Sequence record: MN655998.1
DNA from: Escherichia phage E26
DNA length: 64,000 nt
Reading direction: 5' to 3' (one strand)
Numbering within the stretch: position 1 is the first letter of the stretch; each line of letters starts with the position of its first letter. This document shows positions 52,972-59,896 of this stretch, one piece after another. The notes below the pieces were generated by a model. It was not told the origin of the DNA. It was given only the letters and a program-made list of their open reading frames with translations, and did not search any database. The translations under genes were made by a program, and so were the position numbers.

Positions 52972-53687
52972 TATAGATCCTTATTTGCTTCAAATACTGC
53001 CTTTGCGAATCCTCGCGGGGTAAGTGACCTTATAGTCTTTGTTTTCGTTCCTTTCCCGCCTAGCTTAGAATGCTGTTTACTGTACCCTTTATTAATCTGC
53101 AACGGTTTCTTTTCTGGCATTATAAAGCCTTGTCCGGTCCATAAGCAAGTCCTTTTCGGGTACATATCACGGGCGGCAATATACTCAGGAAAAGTAGGAT
53201 GTTTATCATCTTCCGGCAAATAACCGCCATATTCCCACGGATGGAACATATAATCAGGCTTACGCCACATGCTAGAGATAACGCTTACAGGATTCTCTAT
53301 CATGTAGGGAACTCCTAGCCATTCACCCAAATAAGCGGTTATTTTAGCTGCCCGTACATCATGAACTTGAATCAATGGTCCTTGCTCTCGTTTCTTTCGT
53401 TCAAAGTGTGCAGCGCCACTAACAGCTAAATTGGTGCACGGTGGGAATGCAAATATAATATCCGGTTTCCCCCATTCAAGGTCCATTGCTCTTTCTAGCC
53501 AGTTCAAATCAATCCATGTGTTTACATATGTAATGTTTGGATGTTCAAATCGGGTATTATATTTTTTGTATGTACCGTGGTCGCCATCGTCAGCATTAAA
53601 GCAGATCACCTTATGACCTGCTTTAGCCCATTCTAACCCCATTATCCCCGATCCGTCAAAGTTGCAGAATATTAATTTTTGTTTCAC
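52971..53687 (-). CDS. compact DNA (cytosine-5)-methyltransferase-like protein
   Basis: 238 aa; motif I FDGSG, PC motif FPPCTNLAVSG, ENV-like MIENPV; GTG start overlapping upstream TGA with GGGGG as RBS. Confidence 0.5.
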   Translation of the reverse strand: MKQKLIFCNFDGSGIMGLEWAKAGHKVICFNADDGDHGTYKKYNTRFEHPNITYVNTWIDLNWLERAMDLEWGKPDIIFAFPPCTNLAVSGAAHFERKKREQGPLIQVHDVRAAKITAYLGEWLGVPYMIENPVSVISSMWRKPDYMFHPWEYGGYLPEDDKHPTFPEYIAARDMYPKRTCLWTGQGFIMPEKKPLQINKGYSKQHSKLGGKGTKTKTIRSLTPRGFAKAVFEANKDL

Positions 53688-53935
53688 GCTGCCCCCATTG
53701 GTTTGATAGTAACAGAATCTAAAAGACCTTTGTTAGCCAGTTCGCGGCAAGTTTTCAGATCCGCAACTTCCCAGCCAGCCGCAATCAGGTTATCAATCAG
53801 GCTGTTAGCAATTTCTTCGCTCATGAAAGAGCACTGTTTGCCGATGGTGTAGCGTACACGCTGTAATTTCAGTTTACGGAAGCCTTTAACGTTCAGGTCT
53901 TTAGCGATTTTCTTTGCGGTTTCGATGTTAGCCAT
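53684..53935 (-). CDS. hypothetical protein (83 aa), first gene of the operon
   Basis: ORF with cassette leader RBS. Confidence 0.5.
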   Translation of the reverse strand: MANIETAKKIAKDLNVKGFRKLKLQRVRYTIGKQCSFMSEEIANSLIDNLIAAGWEVADLKTCRELANKGLLDSVTIKPMGAA

Positions 53936-54004
53936 TGTTTGATTCTCCTAAGTGGTATCTCGTCTTGATGGTTGTATTGTAGGGGAGTTATCCTCCCCTG
54001 TCAA
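53936..54004 (-). promoter_or_regulatory. PeSL-like cassette c
   Basis: TTGACA, spacer GGGGAGGATAACTCCCC (inverted repeat), TACAAT, leader. Confidence 0.55.
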
Positions 54005-54018
54005 CACTTTTTATAAAA

Positions 54019-54186
54019 TTATTTGTTAATTTCCGGTGCGTTGCTTGGATAGTAACCTTCTTTAACTCCGAGGTATTTCGCAACCATCCCTACAATCTTC
54101 TGTGCTACTACAATGTCAAATTTCAGATAATCTTCACCGTAGGTTTCAATGATATATGCTTCACATGCTGCTTTAGTCTCGAACAT
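54019..54186 (-). CDS. small protein (55 aa), paralog copy 1
   Basis: MFETKAACEAYIIETYGEDYLKFDIVVAQKIVGMVAKYLGVKEGYYPSNAPEINK; near-identical second copy at 57287..57454. Confidence 0.6.
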   Translation of the reverse strand: MFETKAACEAYIIETYGEDYLKFDIVVAQKIVGMVAKYLGVKEGYYPSNAPEINK

Positions 54187-54249
54187 TTTGATTCTCCTAT
54201 TTCGTTTCGGTATGTGTGTATTATAGGGGATCTCCCGATCCCCGTCAAC
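54187..54249 (-). promoter_or_regulatory. PeSL-like cassette d
   Basis: TTGACG-like -35, spacer GGGGATCGGGAGATCCCC, TATAAT, leader. Confidence 0.55.
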
Positions 54250-54263
54250 AACTTTTTTTAAAA

Positions 54264-54545
54264 TTATTCGTGATTAGTTTCGATGTTGTGCATTTTGCAC
54301 CAGTTCAGCCAATCGCCCAGTTCTTGATAGTTGATGCTTTTATCTGCTGCCATCGTTTTTGTCTTGATACCCATATGTGCGTTATGAGTAAGCATTTTTA
54401 CAGTGAACTCGATTTTATCGCCTTTAGCTTTAACATCAACCAGTTTGGTCCACTGGCTACCAGCACCGCGAATGTTCATGCCAACGATGTTTCCGATGTA
54501 TGCTTCTTTGTTTTTCAGGATTTCGGTTGCTTTGATGAATTTCAT
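54264..54545 (-). CDS. hypothetical protein (93 aa)
   Basis: ORF with cassette leader RBS. Confidence 0.5.
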   Translation of the reverse strand: MKFIKATEILKNKEAYIGNIVGMNIRGAGSQWTKLVDVKAKGDKIEFTVKMLTHNAHMGIKTKTMAADKSINYQELGDWLNWCKMHNIETNHE

Positions 54546-54607
54546 TTTTGATTCTCCAGTTCGTTTCGGTATGGGTGTATTATGCTATGTTCTTACTTTG
54601 GTGTCAA
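54546..54607 (-). promoter_or_regulatory. PeSL-like cassette e
   Basis: TTGACA, 17 nt, CATAAT, leader; no spacer palindrome in this copy. Confidence 0.5.
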
Positions 54608-54615
54608 CAACTTTT

Positions 54616-54885
54616 TTAGATATTTTCAGAAATAAATTTTAAAACTTGACGTAAATGTTTCTCATCTTTGATAGTCGCCGGAAGTTCTTCTTTTACTTCC
54701 TGTGCAAGATAGATATTTCCGTTCCAAGTGAAAGATCCGTCTTCGTTTACGCGATAGCTGAACATCCACTCGCAATCATTTTCGATTTCATATACACACA
54801 GAAGAGTGTAATCTTCAAAGCTATTGAGTTCAAGGTCGAAGCCGTGACGTTTTGCAAAGTTGGTAGTGGTTTTAGTCAGTGCCAT
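54616..54885 (-). CDS. hypothetical protein (89 aa)
   Basis: ORF with cassette leader RBS. Confidence 0.5.
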   Translation of the reverse strand: MALTKTTTNFAKRHGFDLELNSFEDYTLLCVYEIENDCEWMFSYRVNEDGSFTWNGNIYLAQEVKEELPATIKDEKHLRQVLKFISENI

Positions 54886-54954
54886 TGTTTGATTCTCCTA
54901 AGTGGTATCTCGTTTCGATGTGTGTATTATGCTATAGGCGTGTTCTGGTGTCAA
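54886..54954 (-). promoter_or_regulatory. PeSL-like cassette f
   Basis: TTGACA, 17 nt, CATAAT, leader. Confidence 0.5.
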
Positions 54955-54978
54955 TTCTTTTTTTAAAATTTTATGCAA

Positions 54979-55004
54979 TAAAAAAGCCGACGCTAAGGTC
55001 GGCT
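54979..55004 (-). terminator. rho-independent terminator after paralog A1
   Basis: minus strand AGCCGAC-CUUAGC-GUCGGCU then UUUUUU. Confidence 0.6.
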
Positions 55005-55011
55005 AATAAAA

Positions 55012-55320
55012 TCATTTAGACAAATAATCATTCTGTGCAATCCGGTCAGCATGTTCCGGCGTTACGTCAATTGCAATCACTTTAACGCGTGCTTTCTTGC
55101 GACCTGGGTTTTCTCGTAGCCAGTGCGTGTGACCGTACAAATTTTTATACTTTGATGCTTCTTCGAAGGTACGGATCGGACCTGGGTAATCAGCGTAAAG
55201 GATCTCTAGATCTTCGGTGATGTAAAAATATACATCGTAATTGCTGTTCTCTAGCTTAAGCAGAGACTTTCGGAACATTGGGAGATTTTCGCGGGTAAAT
55301 TCAAAGATATTATCTTTCAT
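55012..55320 (-). CDS. HxHW-family paralog A1
   Basis: 102 aa from ATG (MKDN, GAGGA RBS); GHTHWL then VKVIAIDV. Confidence 0.55.
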   Translation of the reverse strand: MKDNIFEFTRENLPMFRKSLLKLENSNYDVYFYITEDLEILYADYPGPIRTFEEASKYKNLYGHTHWLRENPGRKKARVKVIAIDVTPEHADRIAQNDYLSK

Positions 55321-55344
55321 AGTATTATCCTCAATAGTTGGATG

Positions 55345-55367
55345 AAAAGGGGGGCTTAACGCCCCCA
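55345..55367 (-). terminator. rho-independent terminator (GGGGGCGUUAAGCCCCC family)
   Basis: same hairpin as at 51562..51582 and, on the other strand, after wac. Confidence 0.6.
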
Positions 55368-55371
55368 TATA

Positions 55372-55659
55372 TTAAAACAGTCCTTCCTGTACACCGTAAT
55401 AGAGTTCGTCGCTGATAATTTCATTAATGCGACGGTGTGCATATTCCTGATTTGCGAAGTTGTCAGCAAGTTCTACTTTAGTTTCTCCGTCATGAGTCCA
55501 TTTAGTGATAACTTTACCATCTGCAAATTTGAAGTTGAACTCTTTAGCTACCGCATCGCGTACCAGACGTGCAAACTTATTGTTGCGGATTGCATTGTCG
55601 GTTTCGTGTGCAGCGTGAGCGAATTTGTTAACTTTCAGAGTGATAGTAATGTATGCCAT
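55372..55659 (-). CDS. small protein, family C paralog 1
   Basis: 95 aa; RLVRDAVAKEFNFK matches REVRKALAKEFNTK in 58672..58983. Confidence 0.5.
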   Translation of the reverse strand: MAYITITLKVNKFAHAAHETDNAIRNNKFARLVRDAVAKEFNFKFADGKVITKWTHDGETKVELADNFANQEYAHRRINEIISDELYYGVQEGLF

Positions 55660-55734
55660 AATTTGATTCTCCTAGTTAGAAAGTGTATCTCGTTTCGATG
55701 GGTGTATTATGCTATACACCCGACCTTATGTCAA
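55660..55734 (-). promoter_or_regulatory. PeSL-like cassette g
   Basis: TTGACA, 17 nt, CATAAT flanked by GGGTGTAT..ATACACCC, leader. Confidence 0.55.
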
Positions 55735-55740
55735 CACTTT

Positions 55741-56019
55741 TTATAAAATAATTTTTTGATATTTTTCTATGATGTTCGTGTAAGTCACATCAACCGCTAG
55801 CACCGTTGCTTCGAATCCACCGTTTAGCCAATGGCTATGGTCATGATCGTGAAAGAAACCAAGACCAGTACGAAGACCTTCTTTATATTCTGCGCGTACA
55901 TTTAGATCATCATCGATAAACAGATAAAACCATGAATTTTTACTAGGATTGATGATACAACCTTTCAGATTAGGGAGAATATCACGACTAAGAATAAACT
56001 TATCACCTACTTTGAACAT
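55741..56019 (-). CDS. HxHW-family paralog A2
   Basis: 92 aa from ATG (MFKVGDKF, GAGGA RBS); HSHWL then VLAVDV. Confidence 0.55.
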   Translation of the reverse strand: MFKVGDKFILSRDILPNLKGCIINPSKNSWFYLFIDDDLNVRAEYKEGLRTGLGFFHDHDHSHWLNGGFEATVLAVDVTYTNIIEKYQKIIL

Positions 56020-56033
56020 AATATTTTCCTCAC

Positions 56034-56342
56034 TTATAAAGTTTGACCGTTGTTTTTCGCGTAATGCTGAATGCGTGCTTGATCTGCTTCCGCTGGTGAT
56101 AGATTCCATGCAACCACTACAACTTCTGACGCATCGTCATCCGTTTTTGATACCCAATGATTATGATTCATACAATTGTTTGCTATCGCGTGAGCAAATG
56201 ATTTCATCACTGGAGATGTATAATCATAGTAACGGATTTTCAGATTTTCATCAACATACAAGTAGATCGTATAAGGTTTATATTCAGTAACCAGTAACAG
56301 ACAGTTACGCAATTCTGGGAAAATCTTTTTAGTTAATTTCAT
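56034..56342 (-). CDS. HxHW-family paralog A3
   Basis: 102 aa from ATG (MKLTKK, GAGGA RBS); HNHWV then VVVVAWNL. Confidence 0.5.
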   Translation of the reverse strand: MKLTKKIFPELRNCLLLVTEYKPYTIYLYVDENLKIRYYDYTSPVMKSFAHAIANNCMNHNHWVSKTDDDASEVVVVAWNLSPAEADQARIQHYAKNNGQTL

Positions 56343-56343
56343 T

Positions 56344-56553
56344 TTATAATCCTCGGTCGCGGCTATAGTACACGGTACGCCATACAATTTCATGTTTCGT
56401 GTCGCTCCAGCACACGATCTCATTTACTCTTAAATCTTTGTTATCAACAAAAGATGAACATTGTGACGTTTCTTTCATCATTTTATCTGCTGTTTTCTCA
56501 TCAAATACAGCACAGATTTCTTTATACACTCGATAATCTTTAAACTTGCTCAT
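56344..56553 (-). CDS. small protein, family B tandem paralog 1
   Basis: 69 aa; MSKFKDYRVYKEICAVFDEKTADKMMKETSQCSSF against MSKFKDYKAYQQILRVYEPEFAEKMMEDASKCPSF in the neighbour. Confidence 0.55.
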   Translation of the reverse strand: MSKFKDYRVYKEICAVFDEKTADKMMKETSQCSSFVDNKDLRVNEIVCWSDTKHEIVWRTVYYSRDRGL

Positions 56554-56555
56554 AA

Positions 56556-56765
56556 TTAACACCAATCAAGAGTTTTTGAAAACACATCTATCCATTGTTG
56601 AGTATATGCGGTTTCTTTCCATGATACAATACCGGTAGAATAATGGTTTTTGTTTCCAGAAAAGGACGGGCATTTTGATGCATCTTCCATCATCTTTTCG
56701 GCGAACTCTGGTTCGTATACTCGCAAGATCTGTTGATATGCTTTGTAGTCTTTAAATTTGCTCAT
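56556..56765 (-). CDS. small protein, family B tandem paralog 2
   Basis: 69 aa; see paralog 1. Confidence 0.55.
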   Translation of the reverse strand: MSKFKDYKAYQQILRVYEPEFAEKMMEDASKCPSFSGNKNHYSTGIVSWKETAYTQQWIDVFSKTLDWC

Positions 56766-57030
56766 AATCGTTAACTACCTTATCAGCTTCTTTTATTGTT
56801 TTTACATCAACTGCGATAACCCGTAAAGGTTCGTCGTGGTTCCACCAATGATCGTGAATATCAGCTTGTGATTTATCACCAAAGGAATCACGAATATCAT
56901 TTTTACATTTATAGCTAATGTGACCGTCATAGTCAACATAAAGGTAATTATCGAAAATCGGCGTTTTTAAGATCATACCGAAAAATCTTTCTTTGTGTGT
57001 CTTATCCAGCGTTGCAGTAATTCGCATCAT
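56752..57030 (-). CDS. HxHW-family paralog A4
   Basis: 92 aa; HDHWW then VIAVDV; GAGGA RBS. Confidence 0.55.
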   Translation of the reverse strand: MMRITATLDKTHKERFFGMILKTPIFDNYLYVDYDGHISYKCKNDIRDSFGDKSQADIHDHWWNHDEPLRVIAVDVKTIKEADKVVNDYEQI

Positions 57031-57042
57031 AATATATTCCTC

Positions 57043-57222
57043 TTAGAAAGGGATGGTCATTTCTTGAGCTTGTACATTCTCGTTAGGATTAAACTTCATC
57101 CAACCGATATTGTCTACCAGCATATGTACATTTTTATCATACCCTACGTGAGTAGTCAACACTAAATGTGCTTTACCTTCAACGATGATTTCCATGTACT
57201 TCTGAACTTCGATAGCTTTCAT
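57043..57222 (-). CDS. hypothetical small protein (59 aa)
   Basis: below ORF-track cutoff; cassette leader RBS. Confidence 0.45.
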   Translation of the reverse strand: MKAIEVQKYMEIIVEGKAHLVLTTHVGYDKNVHMLVDNIGWMKFNPNENVQAQEMTIPF

Positions 57223-57283
57223 TTTGATTCTCCGTTTGTTGTCTTGATGGGAGTATCTTACTACTCCCTTTAATCATTGTCAA
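57223..57283 (-). promoter_or_regulatory. PeSL-like cassette h
   Basis: TTGACA followed by GGGAGTA..TACTCCC inverted repeat around a weak -10, leader. Confidence 0.45.
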
Positions 57284-57286
57284 CTA

Positions 57287-57454
57287 TTATTTGTTAATTT
57301 CCGGTGCGTTGCTTGGATAGTAACCTTCTTTAACACCCAGATATTTTGCAACCATTCCGGTGATCTTCTGTGCTACTACGATATCGAATTTCAGGTAGTC
57401 TTCACCGTGGGTTGCTACAATGTATGCTTCGCATTCTGCTTTAGTCTGGAACAT
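57287..57454 (-). CDS. small protein (55 aa), paralog copy 2
   Basis: MFQTKAECEAYIVATHGEDYLKFDIVVAQKITGMVAKYLGVKEGYYPSNAPEINK; last ~47 nt identical to copy 1. Confidence 0.6.
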   Translation of the reverse strand: MFQTKAECEAYIVATHGEDYLKFDIVVAQKITGMVAKYLGVKEGYYPSNAPEINK

Positions 57455-57518
57455 TTTTGATTCTCCTATATCTCGTTGGTATGTGTGTATTATAGGGGAT
57501 CTCCCGATCCCCTGTCAA
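57455..57518 (-). promoter_or_regulatory. PeSL-like cassette i
   Basis: TTGACA, spacer GGGGATCGGGAGATCCCC, TATAAT, leader. Confidence 0.6.
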
Positions 57519-57526
57519 CAACTTTT

Positions 57527-57835
57527 TTATTCTTCATCTTCATTTTTATCTTTATATGCGTACTTCATAAATTTGTCTGCTACTTTGTCCGCGTTTTCAG
57601 GTTCTACGTCTGACGCTAGGACAACAGCTAGTTCGGTTTTGTCGTTTCCATCATACCAATGATTATGAGTGTCGTTTTCTTTGATATAAAACGAATCATT
57701 TGGAGTTGTGCGACAATATACGTCTAAATTCCCATCGATATAAAAGATCCAATCCGAATACAAAATGATTGTTTTAGCCAGATTTTTATTGTCTCTTACA
57801 AAAGGTTCCGCGACAAATAGCTTAGTTTGTTCCAT
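57527..57835 (-). CDS. HxHW-family paralog A5
   Basis: 102 aa from ATG (MEQTK, GAGGA RBS); HNHWY then VVLASDV. Confidence 0.5.
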   Translation of the reverse strand: MEQTKLFVAEPFVRDNKNLAKTIILYSDWIFYIDGNLDVYCRTTPNDSFYIKENDTHNHWYDGNDKTELAVVLASDVEPENADKVADKFMKYAYKDKNEDEE

Positions 57836-57851
57836 AGTAATTTCCTCAAAA

Positions 57852-58043
57852 TTATACAGCTTCGTAAACTTCCCAATGTCCAACACCAGCACGCTTAACG
57901 AAAAGGTTTTCTTTGATGTTATTCATAAACGTCTGGATGGATTTAATGCGGTTGGAAGGTTTCCAGTCTTCGTTAGCATTGCGGCGATACATTATAACAT
58001 TACCAGATCGCTTATATTCAGCAACCATTTTAAGACCACACAT
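57852..58043 (-). CDS. hypothetical protein (63 aa)
   Basis: ORF with GAGGA RBS. Confidence 0.45.
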   Translation of the reverse strand: MCGLKMVAEYKRSGNVIMYRRNANEDWKPSNRIKSIQTFMNNIKENLFVKRAGVGHWEVYEAV

Positions 58044-58099
58044 AATAATATCCTCAATTTGTGGGAGAGTATTACCCTCCCAATTATTGTTATACTACA

Positions 58100-58402
58100 T
58101 TACGCAAAATGGCGTGTCAATGCTTCTTTTGCTGTTCCGCTAAGATTCTCGATCTCTCCTGGCATAACATCAACCGCCAGAACTTCTACAACATCCTCTG
58201 ATCCTAACCAGTGAGTATGACCTTTGTAGAACTTGATATCCCATTTAACGCTATCGCTAGCCCACCACACATCACCGTCGATAAAGTTGATGTAAAGCAC
58301 ACTACGACACATTGAATTAATTACTTTCAATACTGCGCCTTTCATCTCTTCCACGGTATGGTCTTCCATTTTGAAGACCTCACCTACCTGAACTTTTGCC
58401 AT
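58100..58402 (-). CDS. HxHW-family paralog A6
   Basis: 100 aa; GHTHWL then VLAVDV; GAGAGGTGA RBS. Confidence 0.55.
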   Translation of the reverse strand: MAKVQVGEVFKMEDHTVEEMKGAVLKVINSMCRSVLYINFIDGDVWWASDSVKWDIKFYKGHTHWLGSEDVVEVLAVDVMPGEIENLSGTAKEALTRHFA

Positions 58403-58419
58403 TTAGTCACCTCTCTTTA

Positions 58420-58599
58420 TTACATAACAATCACGCCAGCCGTTGAAAGTTGATGTTTCAACTGAGCATTTTCTGCTACCGTCAAATCAATGATTTCTTG
58501 TGACGCTGCAATCATATAGCCATTGGTGATATTGTTTTGCATCAGTTCAATGGTTTCTTCGTTGTAGCGGATTTTAGCGATGATTTCGTTGAAGTTCAT
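58420..58599 (-). CDS. hypothetical small protein (59 aa)
   Basis: below ORF-track cutoff; cassette leader RBS. Confidence 0.45.
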   Translation of the reverse strand: MNFNEIIAKIRYNEETIELMQNNITNGYMIAASQEIIDLTVAENAQLKHQLSTAGVIVM

Positions 58600-58663
58600 A
58601 ATTGATTCTCCTAGTTCGTTTCGGTATGTGTGTATTATAGGGGAGTTTAGCCTCCCCTGTCAA
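58600..58663 (-). promoter_or_regulatory. PeSL-like cassette j
   Basis: TTGACA, spacer GGGGAGGCTAAACTCCCC, TATAAT, leader. Confidence 0.6.
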
Positions 58664-58671
58664 CAACTTTT

Positions 58672-58983
58672 TTAAAGTTTTTCCATGATAACGGTCATAA
58701 TTACATCTTCTGCGCGAGCGGTCAGATTATCAGCGTCAGCATGTGGGCGGTTGGTTGTTACAGAGATAACACCGTTGCGCACTGGTTTGATATTGATATC
58801 AAGATGATCCGCGAAACGTTCGCCAGTTACAGAATGAATTTTGGTGTTAAATTCTTTTGCCAGTGCCTTGCGAACTTCACGAATCAGGATAGCGTTTTTC
58901 AGTTGGTTCTCCGCGCTCATGGTCTTCTGGGTGTTCATGGTTCCGTCGAAGTCAATCATTGGCAGCGTTACGATGTATTTCAT
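58672..58983 (-). CDS. small protein, family C paralog 2
   Basis: 103 aa; shares the VRxAxAKEFN motif with 55372..55659. Confidence 0.5.
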   Translation of the reverse strand: MKYIVTLPMIDFDGTMNTQKTMSAENQLKNAILIREVRKALAKEFNTKIHSVTGERFADHLDINIKPVRNGVISVTTNRPHADADNLTARAEDVIMTVIMEKL

Positions 58984-59057
58984 TTTTGATTCTCCGTTTA
59001 AGAAAGTGTGTTTCGTTTTGATGTGTGTAGTATAGGGGATCGGTGATCCCCTGTCAA
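58984..59057 (-). promoter_or_regulatory. PeSL-like cassette k
   Basis: TTGACA, palindromic spacer GGGGATCACCGATCCCC, TATACT, leader. Confidence 0.55.
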
Positions 59058-59070
59058 CAACTTTTTTGAA

Positions 59071-59415
59071 TTATTTTTTCATGAGCTTAATTGCTTCTTC
59101 CATAGCCAACACATTTCGATAGTTAGGGTATCGTGTTAGATCGTCATACATTCGCTTAAGGGTGGAAACTTCCTCAAACTCTGGGTTTTCTAGATACAGT
59201 TGAACAAATTGTTTCTCTATCATCTCTGCTTTTAGCTTGTCTGCTTGTTCCTGTTCATATGATTTAGTTGGACCCAACACCAACAAAATGATAAAGGTGA
59301 TCAACGGGCTAATGATCAACGATAGGATAACATAACCGATAACGCTACGGTTTAAACGGCTTGCATACATGCCTACCAGGAAAACAAAAAGGATATAGAT
59401 AAACAGAAAGAACAT
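59071..59415 (-). CDS. small membrane protein
   Basis: 114 aa; two N-terminal hydrophobic helices then charged tail. Confidence 0.5.
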   Translation of the reverse strand: MFFLFIYILFVFLVGMYASRLNRSVIGYVILSLIISPLITFIILLVLGPTKSYEQEQADKLKAEMIEKQFVQLYLENPEFEEVSTLKRMYDDLTRYPNYRNVLAMEEAIKLMKK

Positions 59416-59422
59416 ATAATGG

Positions 59423-59896
59423 TTACTCCTTATTTTCGCGCTCGTACTTTTCGAAATAAAATTCTACTGGCTGGTCATTAATTGACAGCAAGCCAAAGCG
59501 TTTAGCCGCTCGCAATCCCATATTGCGCTGAATGTACTTCTGGAAGTTCTCGCGTATACACTTACGCCAGTATTCTAAGCCCATACAGCTTTTATAAAGA
59601 TTGCATTGCACACACGCCGGATTCATGTTATCAAGTATATCATGTTCCGGTTTATGCATTCCTACAACCTTATACTTCCACGATCCATCATCATTACGGG
59701 CAATTCGTCCATTTTCATCATAGACTACCTTTGAGCGTCGCAATACTGGTTTGATGTGGTCTGCGTGCCAGCGATCCCCTAGTTCCTCGCCACAATAGGC
59801 ACAACGTCCACCATATTTCATTTTCAGGATCTGGCGTTGCTCTTTCTTTGACAATTTTTTAGGTTTAGGGGCTTTTGCCCCTTCATTATCACACAT
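59423..59896 (-). CDS. small HNH endonuclease
   Basis: 157 aa; HNH core CAYCGEEL..WHADHIKPV..NMNPACVQCN. Confidence 0.65.
   Translation of the reverse strand: MCDNEGAKAPKPKKLSKKEQRQILKMKYGGRCAYCGEELGDRWHADHIKPVLRRSKVVYDENGRIARNDDGSWKYKVVGMHKPEHDILDNMNPACVQCNLYKSCMGLEYWRKCIRENFQKYIQRNMGLRAAKRFGLLSINDQPVEFYFEKYERENKE

Noticed and set aside
51801-59057. The repeated ~65-bp cassettes considered as a CRISPR array
   Set aside because: The intervening segments are 200-1900-bp coding regions, not 30-40-bp spacers; the repeats are promoter plus leader elements with variable stems, and no cas genes are present.
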